Assembly: GCA_038886995.1 (NCBI GenBank)
Contig: JAWALG010000009.1
Coordinates: 1-33,901 of the forward strand
From: Candidatus Iainarchaeum sp.
Lineage (GTDB): Archaea > Iainarchaeota > Iainarchaeia > Iainarchaeales > DTGL01
DNA: 33,901 nt
Direction: 5' to 3'
The notes under the pieces were generated by a model, which was not told the DNA's origin, did no database searches, and saw nothing but the letters and a program-made list of their open reading frames with translations. Shown here in pieces: positions 16,491 to 24,513 of this stretch. Within the stretch, counting starts at the first letter, position 1, and every line of letters begins with the position of its first letter. The position numbers and the translations under genes were made by a program.

Positions 16491-17561
16491 TTGTTTGAAT
16501 TTTTCTTTGCTTTTGCAATTTTTGTTTCCTTGGCAATATCTCTCAAAGATATTAAGTATGGAAAGATACCAAATAAGTACATTGTTTTGCTTCTCGCTTC
16601 TGGCATTTTTTATCAGGCCATAAGTGCAGCAGATTACTTAAAGGTAGTTTTCACATTTTTCTATGCTCTTGCAGTGGCTTTTTTGCTCTGGCTTTTTGGC
16701 ATATGGCCGGCTGGCGATGCAAAGCTTTTCTCTGTTCTATTCCTGCTTTTACCGCAAACTCTTTATGCATCACCAAATCTGACATTTGACTTTCTGGTTA
16801 ATTGCTTCGTGCCAATATTCTTCTTTATGTTTTTTATAATAATAGCTAAAAGCCGTTTTTCAGTATTGAAAGATGCTATTAAGTTTACATTTCAGCCGTA
16901 TAGGGTAACAATCCTTGCTCTGGCTTTGCTCGGATTTGTTTGGTTCCTCTCTAAGCTGTTAAGCTTGATCGCTTTTGGGCAAGCAATTTTTAGTGACTAC
17001 TTTGTAATGTTGCTTCTACTTTTTTTAACTTATGAGGCTTTTAGGCGAATTCTAAGTGCAAAGTTGGAGCTTCTTTTTTTTGCGCTTGCTGTGCTTAGGG
17101 TTGTGCTTGACTACAGGAATGTTTACTCGATATCTTTTATGCTCAACTTCGCAACAATGATTGGAGTATTTCTTTTCTTCAGATTCTTCATAATATACTT
17201 GGCCTTTAAGCTTTACACTAAGAGCGTTCCTATAAAGAAACTTAAGCCGGGAATGTGCCCAGCAGAGATGATTTTGCAGAAAGGTAATGGCTTTGAGAGA
17301 GTTAGCTTCCTTAACTCAGGCCTTTTGGCCTTTGGTAATGAAAAGAGGGGGCAGATACTGCATAACATTGATTGCCTCTCGGAAGATGATATAAAGAAAA
17401 TAAAAAAGCTCCGCAGAGAAAAGAAGATTCCATTTGATGACATGCTGATAAACTTTACTCAGCCATTTGCAATATTCATTGTTTTGGGGTATGCTCTTAC
17501 TGTGCTTTTTGGGACAAGCTTTTTGGTTTTTATATCCAAACAATTACTGCTTTTTAAGTGA
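16491..17561 (+). CDS. A24-family prepilin/prearchaellin peptidase, long multi-TM (EppA-like) form
   Basis: SLKDIKYGKIPN and GIWPAGDAKLF catalytic Asp motifs, about 10 TM segments, LKPGM..AE and PFA.FI..G C-terminal motifs; TTG start 8 bp after the hxsB stop. Confidence 0.9.
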   Translation: MFEFFFAFAIFVSLAISLKDIKYGKIPNKYIVLLLASGIFYQAISAADYLKVVFTFFYALAVAFLLWLFGIWPAGDAKLFSVLFLLLPQTLYASPNLTFDFLVNCFVPIFFFMFFIIIAKSRFSVLKDAIKFTFQPYRVTILALALLGFVWFLSKLLSLIAFGQAIFSDYFVMLLLLFLTYEAFRRILSAKLELLFFALAVLRVVLDYRNVYSISFMLNFATMIGVFLFFRFFIIYLAFKLYTKSVPIKKLKPGMCPAEMILQKGNGFERVSFLNSGLLAFGNEKRGQILHNIDCLSEDDIKKIKKLRREKKIPFDDMLINFTQPFAIFIVLGYALTVLFGTSFLVFISKQLLLFK

Positions 17562-18595
17562 GTAAAAAAATGCCTGCGGGAATCTTGTAACTATGGAATG
17601 GCTTGCTTCACATAAGGTCCAGCAGTTATTTCAGTTCTCTATTCTTTTGGATATTTCCCTGGCTTTGTTTGATTGGAGAAGCTTAGCTAAGGAGTAATTA
17701 AAGTCGCGTAAGTTGCCCAGTAAATCTCCTCTAGAAATGCAAGGAAAAACATTTAAGCAAGGATCTAAAAAATTGAATTATTGGCAGCTCCACAGTGCAG
17801 GGGGTTCTTTAGACCTGGTTCTATGAGAGACAAGTAGATTCTTTTAAGAAGATATTCTGAAGAAAGCGAAAAGGTTAGCTTTTTTCTTATTTCGGCGGCT
17901 TCTTTGTGTGCATTTTTGGCAAAATTAGAATATTCACTATCTAGCTCCTTATTTGCGTAGAAATTCTCGGATATGTGAAATAAAGTAAATTGGAAATCCT
18001 TTTCAGTGCAGCCAACCCTTGTGTTGGCTCCCTTGAGTGTTTCTTCAAAAAGACCAAAGTTGTATGGGCTTATAGTGAACTCAAAAAGGCATCTAAAGTT
18101 GCTGAAATCATTTTCTAAGGTCTTGAGAAGGGCAAAACATTTCAAGCTTTTCTTAAAGGCCCCTTTTGCTCCTCTTTGTGAATCATGAAACTCTTCGGGC
18201 CCATCTAGACTTATTGTTACAATAGTGCGAGGTATCCCCAGGGCGGCAATTCTCTTTGCTTTTTTTAGGATTCTGCCAGGGTTCGAGCCGTTAGTGGGGA
18301 TGTTAAGAACATATAAGCAACAGTTCCTCTTTGCTGATTCGGCTATTTTTTTCAATGTCGTTTCTGAGGAATGGCTCTCCGCCTGTCAAGCTTAGCCATC
18401 TAATAAATCTTGCCTTTGAGAACAAGGCATCGATTTCTTTAATATCCGCCTCTTTTATTTGCTTTTTTTCCAGATTTTGCAAATTTTACATTTGTAGTTG
18501 CACTTGTGAGTTACAGCAAAAGTCATCTTGAATGGTTTTTTTGGTGTTCTGAAATTGCATAAAAAAACCTCTGAAAAAAAGGAAATGCCACGCAT
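17544..18595 (-). pseudogene. Disrupted radical SAM/SPASM (Twitch) gene with three homopolymer frameshifts and one in-frame TGA
   Basis: ATG at 18595 gives ...FAVTHKCNYKCKICKIW. Shift at A7 (18469-18463) gives ...WLSLTGGEPFLRNDIE. Shift at A7 (18352-18346) gives the ORF-track fragment with PTNG, ISLDG and CGA. Shift at T6 (17772-17767) gives LDPCLNVFPC...LGNLRD...IEN*NNCWTLCEA..., ending at TAA 17546-17544. Confidence 0.88.
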
Positions 18596-18647
18596 AATCG
18601 ATTTTTGTTGCGATACATTAAAAACAATTATTTGAGTTAATGTAAAT

Positions 18648-19562
18648 ATGCCTGAAATAAAAACTGCTTTGCTTCTTGGCTACAAATGCAACAATAATTG
18701 CAGGTTTTGCTATGCAGCAGATAAACGTGAATTGCCCTTGATGAGTACTGAAGAAGCAAAGAGGCAATTAAGGGCTGCAGTAGAGCGTGGATCAACCTTT
18801 GTTGATTTTCTCGGCGGCGAGCCAACAATAAGAAAAGACCTTGTTGAGCTAATTTCTTATGCAAAAGAGCTCGGCTTTAAAACTATAAGCATCACAACAA
18901 ATGGAAGGATGCTTTCAAATGCTGAATATGCAAAGAAGCTTTATGATGCGGGATTAAATTCTGCGGTATTTTCAGTGCATGGCCACAACGCAGAGCTGCA
19001 TGACTACCTTGTTAATGTTAAAGGCGCTTTTGACCAGCTTGTGAAAGGCATGCAGAACTTCAGGGCAATATCAGAAGAGGTCTATATATGCACAAATACA
19101 GTTATCGTAAAACCAAACGTTGCATTTTTGCCAGAGATTGCTGAAATAAATGCAAAGCTTGGGGCTAACGGCATGGAGTTTATTTTTCCGCATCCAAGAG
19201 GCAACGCTTACAAAAATTTTGAAGATATGGTTCCGAGGCTTGAACATTTAATAGGTGTTGTGCAAAAAACAATTGGTGTATGCACTTCAAAGGGCATAAG
19301 GCATTGTTATTTCAGATACGTGCCTTTTTGTTATATGTACGGCGCTATAAATTTCATAAGTGAATACGCAGCAAAAACTTCACTAAAAGAAACTCACATA
19401 GGCCCAGAATTTGAGGACCTCGAAGTTGAAAAAAACCGCACCAAGCAAGGCCGTGTCAAGGGACCTCAGTGCTTTGGATGTAAATACAATGAAATCTGCG
19501 AAGGGATCTTTAAAGAATATGCTGAAAAGCGCGGCTTTGAGGAATTGGTGCCTGTGCCATAA
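18648..19562 (+). CDS. Radical SAM protein, HxsC-like paralogue 2
   Basis: CNNNCRFC, GGEPT, TNGRML and HG..AE.HD motifs; C-terminal KGPQCFGC.....CEG....Y....G.EEL.P. Clearly paralogous to 14041..14997. Confidence 0.88.
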   Translation: MPEIKTALLLGYKCNNNCRFCYAADKRELPLMSTEEAKRQLRAAVERGSTFVDFLGGEPTIRKDLVELISYAKELGFKTISITTNGRMLSNAEYAKKLYDAGLNSAVFSVHGHNAELHDYLVNVKGAFDQLVKGMQNFRAISEEVYICTNTVIVKPNVAFLPEIAEINAKLGANGMEFIFPHPRGNAYKNFEDMVPRLEHLIGVVQKTIGVCTSKGIRHCYFRYVPFCYMYGAINFISEYAAKTSLKETHIGPEFEDLEVEKNRTKQGRVKGPQCFGCKYNEICEGIFKEYAEKRGFEELVPVP

Positions 19563-19571
19563 TAAGGTGCT

Positions 19572-20030
19572 ATGATGGAGTTAAGGATATTGCTAAATGC
19601 CTTGAAAAGGAAAGAGTTCGCATTTCCAATAGCTTTTCTTTTATTTTTGCTAATCTTTGGAATAATAATGCTAATTAACGACTTAGCAAATAGACCAAAA
19701 AGTATTGAAGAAGCAAAAAAATCTGGCTGTGTTTTAGAGTATGGGCAATGGCAGTGCATTGACGGAAAGATTGCGATACCTTTTTATAACCCTGGACCGA
19801 AAGACATAACTCTGGCAAGAGTATCGATTCCGGTCACCAAAGGCCTAAACATATATGAGGCAAATGATTTACTCCATAGCAACGAAGCCGGAAGTCTGAT
19901 TACTGCAAACTGCGAAGAGGCGTTTATGGAAAAAGCAAATTTACAATGGTGCTGCTCAGGAATGTGTTTTATTAGTGATTTTAAAAGCCCAAATTTGAAT
20001 ATTTCAATAAAAGTAGATTCAACGCAATAA
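19572..20030 (+). CDS. Hypothetical membrane-anchored Cys-containing protein
   Basis: AAGGTG RBS, 9 bp after the radical SAM stop, one TM helix and six Cys in the ectodomain. Confidence 0.7.
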   Translation: MMELRILLNALKRKEFAFPIAFLLFLLIFGIIMLINDLANRPKSIEEAKKSGCVLEYGQWQCIDGKIAIPFYNPGPKDITLARVSIPVTKGLNIYEANDLLHSNEAGSLITANCEEAFMEKANLQWCCSGMCFISDFKSPNLNISIKVDSTQ

Positions 20031-20051
20031 TATGGCGATAATTTTTAAAGA

Positions 20052-20981
20052 TTAGTCGAGCAATGTAGCGATACCCCCCTGACACAGGATGTCTTCAATG
20101 CTTTTGTACCTCTGTAGAATGATATTTTTTAGTTGCAAACCTTGCTTTTCTTCAATAAGGGGGCTTATTTTACAGAATTTTCTTAAAATCAGATAGTCGC
20201 GCATAAAACAAAGGTTACTCAATTGTTTTTCAGGGGGGTTTCCTTTTATTTTTTTACATATGCTTGCGTCAATCTCGGATGCTATTTCTGGACTATCGGC
20301 CTTGATCCCCAACAAGTCACTATCAAAGAGATTACCCAAGACCACTGCTTTATTTTTCAAACTTTTCAGATTATCAGTAGTATTTGGTTCATCAGTTTTT
20401 GTTTTTAATACTTTGTAGGCAATCTCTTTTTTATTTAACAAATCAGCATTGCCGCATTCTTTCTCGGCAGTAAGATAGCCATATAGAAGTTCCAGATCGC
20501 CTTCATTGAATGATTCTTTACTAAAGTAATTTCTCCAGTGTTGCAAGGCTTTGGCGAACTTGGGGTTTGATATAATTTTAGCTTGAACCTCTTGCCAGTT
20601 TTTATCTCTATTTAATACTTTGCTACCAAGACAATAGCTACCCAAAACTTCCACTGGGTTACAAAGCTCAGGTATAGCGCAGTGCTTCTCAAAAGATGAA
20701 TCCATTAATGTTAATACATAGGGTATCTCACTATTGAGCTTTTCGGGGTCTTTGTCACCTGCAAAATAAACAAAAACGGATTTTGCTGCTAATACGTTAT
20801 ATATGGCTCTTGGTGTATTCTCGTCAGAAAGGACTAGTGGAATTTCATCATAACTGTAAATGTATGCTGGCTTGTTTTTACTATTTTGTGCTGTCAAGAT
20901 GTTGATGGCCACTACCAACAGCAGAATGGTGGCGATTAGGATGGCAAACCAAATAATTTTTTTGTTGGAAATCATCATCAC
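20052..20981 (-). CDS. Hypothetical secreted or membrane-anchored protein with multiple Cys
   Basis: KK plus a hydrophobic N-terminal helix; TATA-like TTTATATA upstream at about 21025. Confidence 0.7.
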   Translation of the reverse strand: MMMISNKKIIWFAILIATILLLVVAINILTAQNSKNKPAYIYSYDEIPLVLSDENTPRAIYNVLAAKSVFVYFAGDKDPEKLNSEIPYVLTLMDSSFEKHCAIPELCNPVEVLGSYCLGSKVLNRDKNWQEVQAKIISNPKFAKALQHWRNYFSKESFNEGDLELLYGYLTAEKECGNADLLNKKEIAYKVLKTKTDEPNTTDNLKSLKNKAVVLGNLFDSDLLGIKADSPEIASEIDASICKKIKGNPPEKQLSNLCFMRDYLILRKFCKISPLIEEKQGLQLKNIILQRYKSIEDILCQGGIATLLD

Positions 20982-21054
20982 CAGCCCACATCCGTTATTA
21001 TGTGAGAAAAACGAACTTTATATAAATATATAATTAGAAATTTTTTTGGTTGAT

Positions 21055-22902
21055 TTATAGCGCCAGGTAGAGTTCATAAAGCTCATTTCTATTAAAGACA
21101 TCATCTATTTTAGGTCCAGACCTACCGTCGCAGAACTCAACTTTCGAGTTTTGCTTTACCTTAAAGAGTTCTAAGCAATTTGAGCAATCACTTGGTATAT
21201 TGAAATATTCATAAAAGTCTTTCTCTTTTTTGTCACTTGAATCACTTATTTTTATTTTTTTAGTCACTAGGAATGGAATTCCGTTGGTTTTGAGGGAATA
21301 GAGAAAGTCCTTAAAAAAAACAGTTTCTCTTGTGTTTAGCTGCTGCTTGCATGGTGGAGAAAGCAAAAAAAGCACAAGGCCTTTAATCCGTTCATTGAGT
21401 TTCAACATTCTCGAAAGCAATATTTCCAAGTTATCACTCTTGGGATTTAATCTAACAAGGACAGCACTACCTACAGCATTACCTGTCCTTGGAACTGAGT
21501 TAAAGTTATTGTAAACGGGCATCTCGATATTCTGCCCTATAAGGTATGTTCTATTTTTTGCGATTTTTAGATATGGCTTTAGCTTTATGAGTTGGCTTTC
21601 AGCCAAGTATCTGAAGTAAGCTAAGGTCTCTTCTTTTCTCTCCTTGCAATGTGTTTTGTCTGGTAGGTAGATTGTCCCATTCTTTCGAATATTGCTCAGC
21701 AAACACCCGCCCCAACAAAGCTTAAAGTCGCATTCATAGCATTTCTTTACTTTTCGGTACCATGTGCGCACCTCATTTAGCCTATCTTTGTCTAAAATTA
21801 TTTTTTTATTTTTGAAGTCATACCTCCCAAAAACCAACTTATTTGCGTTATGATTAACGACATCATATTCATCACCTAGCATAGCACATGGTGTAACAAG
21901 ACCTTCAGGAGTTATCACAAAAGAAGAAGAAACTGCACATCCACAAATTTGTGTATTACCAATCGATTTTTGGGCTGGTAGCAAACATTTAAGGTTTATT
22001 ATATCGCACAGCTCTTTTATTTTTAGCTGCGATTCTATTAGCCATTCATATTGCTTCATCGATCTTATTTTTTCTGCGGAAAGCGCTTCTTTCCCAATGT
22101 CACCAACTATTGTAATGAAAAGTCTTTTTACGCCTAGCGAGAGAAAATATTTTACTACATCTGATTCTTTCCCAAGGTGTTTTTCTGTCAGAGTTATTTT
22201 GACTGTGAAATTCATGTTTTTAGATATCAATTTCCTTAGGTTGTTTTCAACAATTTGGCTACTTTTTAGACCATTTTTTAAAGGCCTTAGTGAATCTTGT
22301 ATCTCGGGTGGGCCATCGCAAGATATCTGAAATGAGTCATAAAATGGGTTTTCCTTTAATATTTTAAGGAATTTCTCAGGCAATAGTGTGCCATTTGTTG
22401 AAAGCTTGAATTGTTTCACATTTATTGACTTCTTAGTTATATCAATGGTCTTTGAAAAAAGTGGAAAGTTTAGCAGGGCTTCACCAGAAGTTACGAAATC
22501 AACTATAACCCCCTCCTTTTGGTTTCTAGCAATGAATTCTGTTGCTGCTTTTATTATTTCCAAAGAAGAGTCCTTACCACTTTTTAATCCGCCATATCCA
22601 ACACAGTATCTGCAGTTCATATTGCATTTAGTGGTCGATGCTGGAAGAAAACATGAAAATGATTCAACTTTTGCAAATGGTTTCATTAAGTTGACTGCTA
22701 AGTATTTTTGACCATGAGAACTAAACAAATCTTTATCCATAACGTAGAAATTCGAAGAATTGCTACAAAATGCAACATACAAGTTTTTTCTTCTGAAAAG
22801 AAAGTGAAGGAAAGGGCTTCTTCTTGAAAGCTCTTTCTTAATATCAGAGGTCTCTTTGCTAAAGAACTTTTCATTATTTTTTTCAAATATCTTAAGAAGC
22901 AT
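21055..22902 (-). CDS. Radical SAM/SPASM peptide-maturase-like protein with an extra C-terminal domain of about 170 aa
   Basis: CNMNCRYC, STNG, ISCDG...QD..R, then CGC...ITPEG.V.PC and CYEC....CWGGC...C SPASM cysteines; starts 8 bp after the hxsA stop. Confidence 0.9.
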   Translation of the reverse strand: MLLKIFEKNNEKFFSKETSDIKKELSRRSPFLHFLFRRKNLYVAFCSNSSNFYVMDKDLFSSHGQKYLAVNLMKPFAKVESFSCFLPASTTKCNMNCRYCVGYGGLKSGKDSSLEIIKAATEFIARNQKEGVIVDFVTSGEALLNFPLFSKTIDITKKSINVKQFKLSTNGTLLPEKFLKILKENPFYDSFQISCDGPPEIQDSLRPLKNGLKSSQIVENNLRKLISKNMNFTVKITLTEKHLGKESDVVKYFLSLGVKRLFITIVGDIGKEALSAEKIRSMKQYEWLIESQLKIKELCDIINLKCLLPAQKSIGNTQICGCAVSSSFVITPEGLVTPCAMLGDEYDVVNHNANKLVFGRYDFKNKKIILDKDRLNEVRTWYRKVKKCYECDFKLCWGGCLLSNIRKNGTIYLPDKTHCKERKEETLAYFRYLAESQLIKLKPYLKIAKNRTYLIGQNIEMPVYNNFNSVPRTGNAVGSAVLVRLNPKSDNLEILLSRMLKLNERIKGLVLFLLSPPCKQQLNTRETVFFKDFLYSLKTNGIPFLVTKKIKISDSSDKKEKDFYEYFNIPSDCSNCLELFKVKQNSKVEFCDGRSGPKIDDVFNRNELYELYLAL

Positions 22903-22910
22903 TTATGACA

Positions 22911-23273
22911 CTAATAGCACCAAACATCATAACAATAGCCAATCCCACTATAGTGGCTTCCGTGGCTGCTGTGGCTGGAGTGGCTGCTGTGGCTGCTGTG
23001 AGAACTGTGACTGGAGTGGCTCGCATGACTCGCGTGATGTCCATGGCTTGCTGTAATATTTCCAGCATTCCAACCAACGCTAAAATAGTTAGTATGTGCT
23101 GCAGCGACTTCAGGCAAAATATTAAGTATTGAAACTGAACCTAAAAAAGCGCCCAAGGCAAGCATCTTGTGCTTCGAAATGCTGCCGCGCTCCTCCAAAA
23201 CAAATGATTTTATTGTCTTTTTTACCCTGGGCAAAAAATTTTCTTTTTTAGGGCTTTTTTCTTCTTTTTGCAT
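22911..23273 (-). CDS. hxsA: His-Xaa-Ser repeat precursor peptide HxsA
   Basis: Ten consecutive HxS triplets (HAS HAS HSSx6 HGS HYS) after a charged-plus-hydrophobic leader; flanked by HxsB/C/D homologues. Confidence 0.93.
   Translation of the reverse strand: MQKEEKSPKKENFLPRVKKTIKSFVLEERGSISKHKMLALGAFLGSVSILNILPEVAAAHTNYFSVGWNAGNITASHGHHASHASHSSHSSHSSHSSHSSHSSHGSHYSGIGYCYDVWCY
22947..23036 (-). repeat. Ten imperfect 9-nt tandem units encoding His-Xaa-Ser
   Basis: Units CAC/CAT-NNN-AGY/TCT with synonymous variation (TCC AGT, AGT TCT, AGC AGC, TCC AGC), which indicates selection at the protein level. Confidence 0.95.
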
Positions 23274-23292
23274 CTATTAAATAATAGATATA

Positions 23293-23303
23293 CTTATTTA
23301 AAA
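23293..23303 (-). promoter_or_regulatory. TATA box for hxsA; transcript probably leaderless
   Basis: TTTTAAATAAG ends about 20 nt before the ATG at 23273, with purine-rich AGAAA upstream and no RBS. The same 11-mer lies upstream of the perR-like gene. Confidence 0.6.
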
Positions 23304-23337
23304 TATTTCTGGGGCACTTTGCAGCCATAACAAGAAA

Positions 23338-24180
23338 TCAAATAATTGGGTTAAACTCTTTTCCCCCAGCAATAGCAAGGTAACTTTTCCATATCTTTGG
23401 GCATTTTTCTCTAACTTTACACATTGCACATTTTTTTAGAAGTGTTAGCTCTGCCTCCTGCTTTGTCACGCCTTCCGCAAGAGGCCAATATTTTTTATTT
23501 ATTATACATAGGGGAAAATGAAACAACCTTACCTCAAATCCTGCATCTAACAGAATGGTTGCGGCTTTTTGTACAAAGGGTGCTGCCTTGCAATATCTAA
23601 CGAAAATCTTGTGCCTGTTTATAAAAGCATTTCCTGTGTATTTTAAGTTGATAAAAACAACTCTCTCGAGGCCTTTGAAATTTTTTGTTATGAATTCTGC
23701 AGTTTTGCTTAAACTCTTATAATTCGCTTTTTCCACGAGAATTCTTAACTCAACTTTGAAGCCACTTTGAAGAAGATTATTTATGCCTTGAACTGTTTCG
23801 TTCCAGCTACCTTTTGCCAAAGTAATGTTGTCATGCACTTTGGGGTCATGGCTATAGAGTGCTATACCGAAGCGTATCGGCTCAAGCTTACTCTTATCCA
23901 ATTCTGCTAAAAAACTTTTTTCAGAAAACTTCCGCCCATTGCTAACAACAAAAATGAACTTCTTTGGGTGCTTCTTCCTTGCATAGGTCAGAATGTCGGG
24001 GAAATCGTCTCTAAGCGTTGGTTCTCCGCCAGTTACGCTGAAAATTTCTTCTTGTGGGATTTTGTTTATGATTTCAAACAGTGCATTTTTGCTTTGTTCG
24101 CCGAAACAAACAGTCATGCGTGTATCCATTATGCAGCTTATGCAATTATTGTTACACTTGAAGGTTAGTGGCCACTCCAT
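23338..24180 (-). CDS. hxsC: His-Xaa-Ser system radical SAM maturase HxsC-like (paralogue 3, between hxsD and hxsA)
   Basis: CNNNCISC, VTGGEPTL, SNGR.F, GIALYSHD..VHD, GSW.ETV.GI.NL, VELRI, PLC and C..C.....C motifs. Confidence 0.85.
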   Translation of the reverse strand: MEWPLTFKCNNNCISCIMDTRMTVCFGEQSKNALFEIINKIPQEEIFSVTGGEPTLRDDFPDILTYARKKHPKKFIFVVSNGRKFSEKSFLAELDKSKLEPIRFGIALYSHDPKVHDNITLAKGSWNETVQGINNLLQSGFKVELRILVEKANYKSLSKTAEFITKNFKGLERVVFINLKYTGNAFINRHKIFVRYCKAAPFVQKAATILLDAGFEVRLFHFPLCIINKKYWPLAEGVTKQEAELTLLKKCAMCKVREKCPKIWKSYLAIAGGKEFNPII

Positions 24181-24252
24181 TTCAAATCGACTCTATTCAA
24201 CTTTTTTAAGGCCCCGCTCTAGTTTTTCATTCATTTTCACTACCAAACAAAA

Positions 24253-24510
24253 TCAAGGTGCTGCGCCCTTTATAATACCTAAAAGGAAGTTGCAAAATTC
24301 TAAAGCAAAAGTTTCAGCACACCTTTTTTCAGTTTTCACTGTAATATGAAAGTAATTTTTTGACTCTTTATTTGTTAATTTCGCGCCTTTAACTTCTTTA
24401 AGCGCTTTGTTAACTACTTTTTTAGGGTAAAATGCCTTCGAAAGATTTATTTTTGCTGTTTTTTTACTCTTATTGACTTCAATAGGAGAACCCTTACAAC
24501 CAGCAGTCAT
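24253..24510 (-). CDS. Small HxsD-like protein
   Basis: INLSKAFYPKKVVNKAL...ALEFCNFLLG parallels the N-terminal module of the adjacent HxsD; 3-bp gap to hxsD. Confidence 0.65.
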   Translation of the reverse strand: MTAGCKGSPIEVNKSKKTAKINLSKAFYPKKVVNKALKEVKGAKLTNKESKNYFHITVKTEKRCAETFALEFCNFLLGIIKGAAP

Positions 24511-24513
24511 AAT

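Noticed and set aside
17631-17633. Selenocysteine reading of the TGA at a Cys position
   Set aside because: The same gene has three frameshifts, TGY-to-TGA is a single substitution, and I recognised no SECIS element.
18346-18469. Programmed ribosomal frameshifting at the A7 runs
   Set aside because: Codon phase does not fit an X XXY YYZ heptamer, and three shifts in different directions plus a stop would be required.
22947-23036. 9-nt tandem repeat as a CRISPR array or non-coding VNTR
   Set aside because: No spacers, units too short, and fully explained by coding.
22892-23132. Alternative-frame ORFs with TAA/AAV repeats (22892..23077 -, 22905..23132 +, 22856..23056 +)
   Set aside because: They are shadows of the hxsA repeat. 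Synonymous variation preserves His-Xaa-Ser in the hxsA frame, and the context is an Hxs locus.
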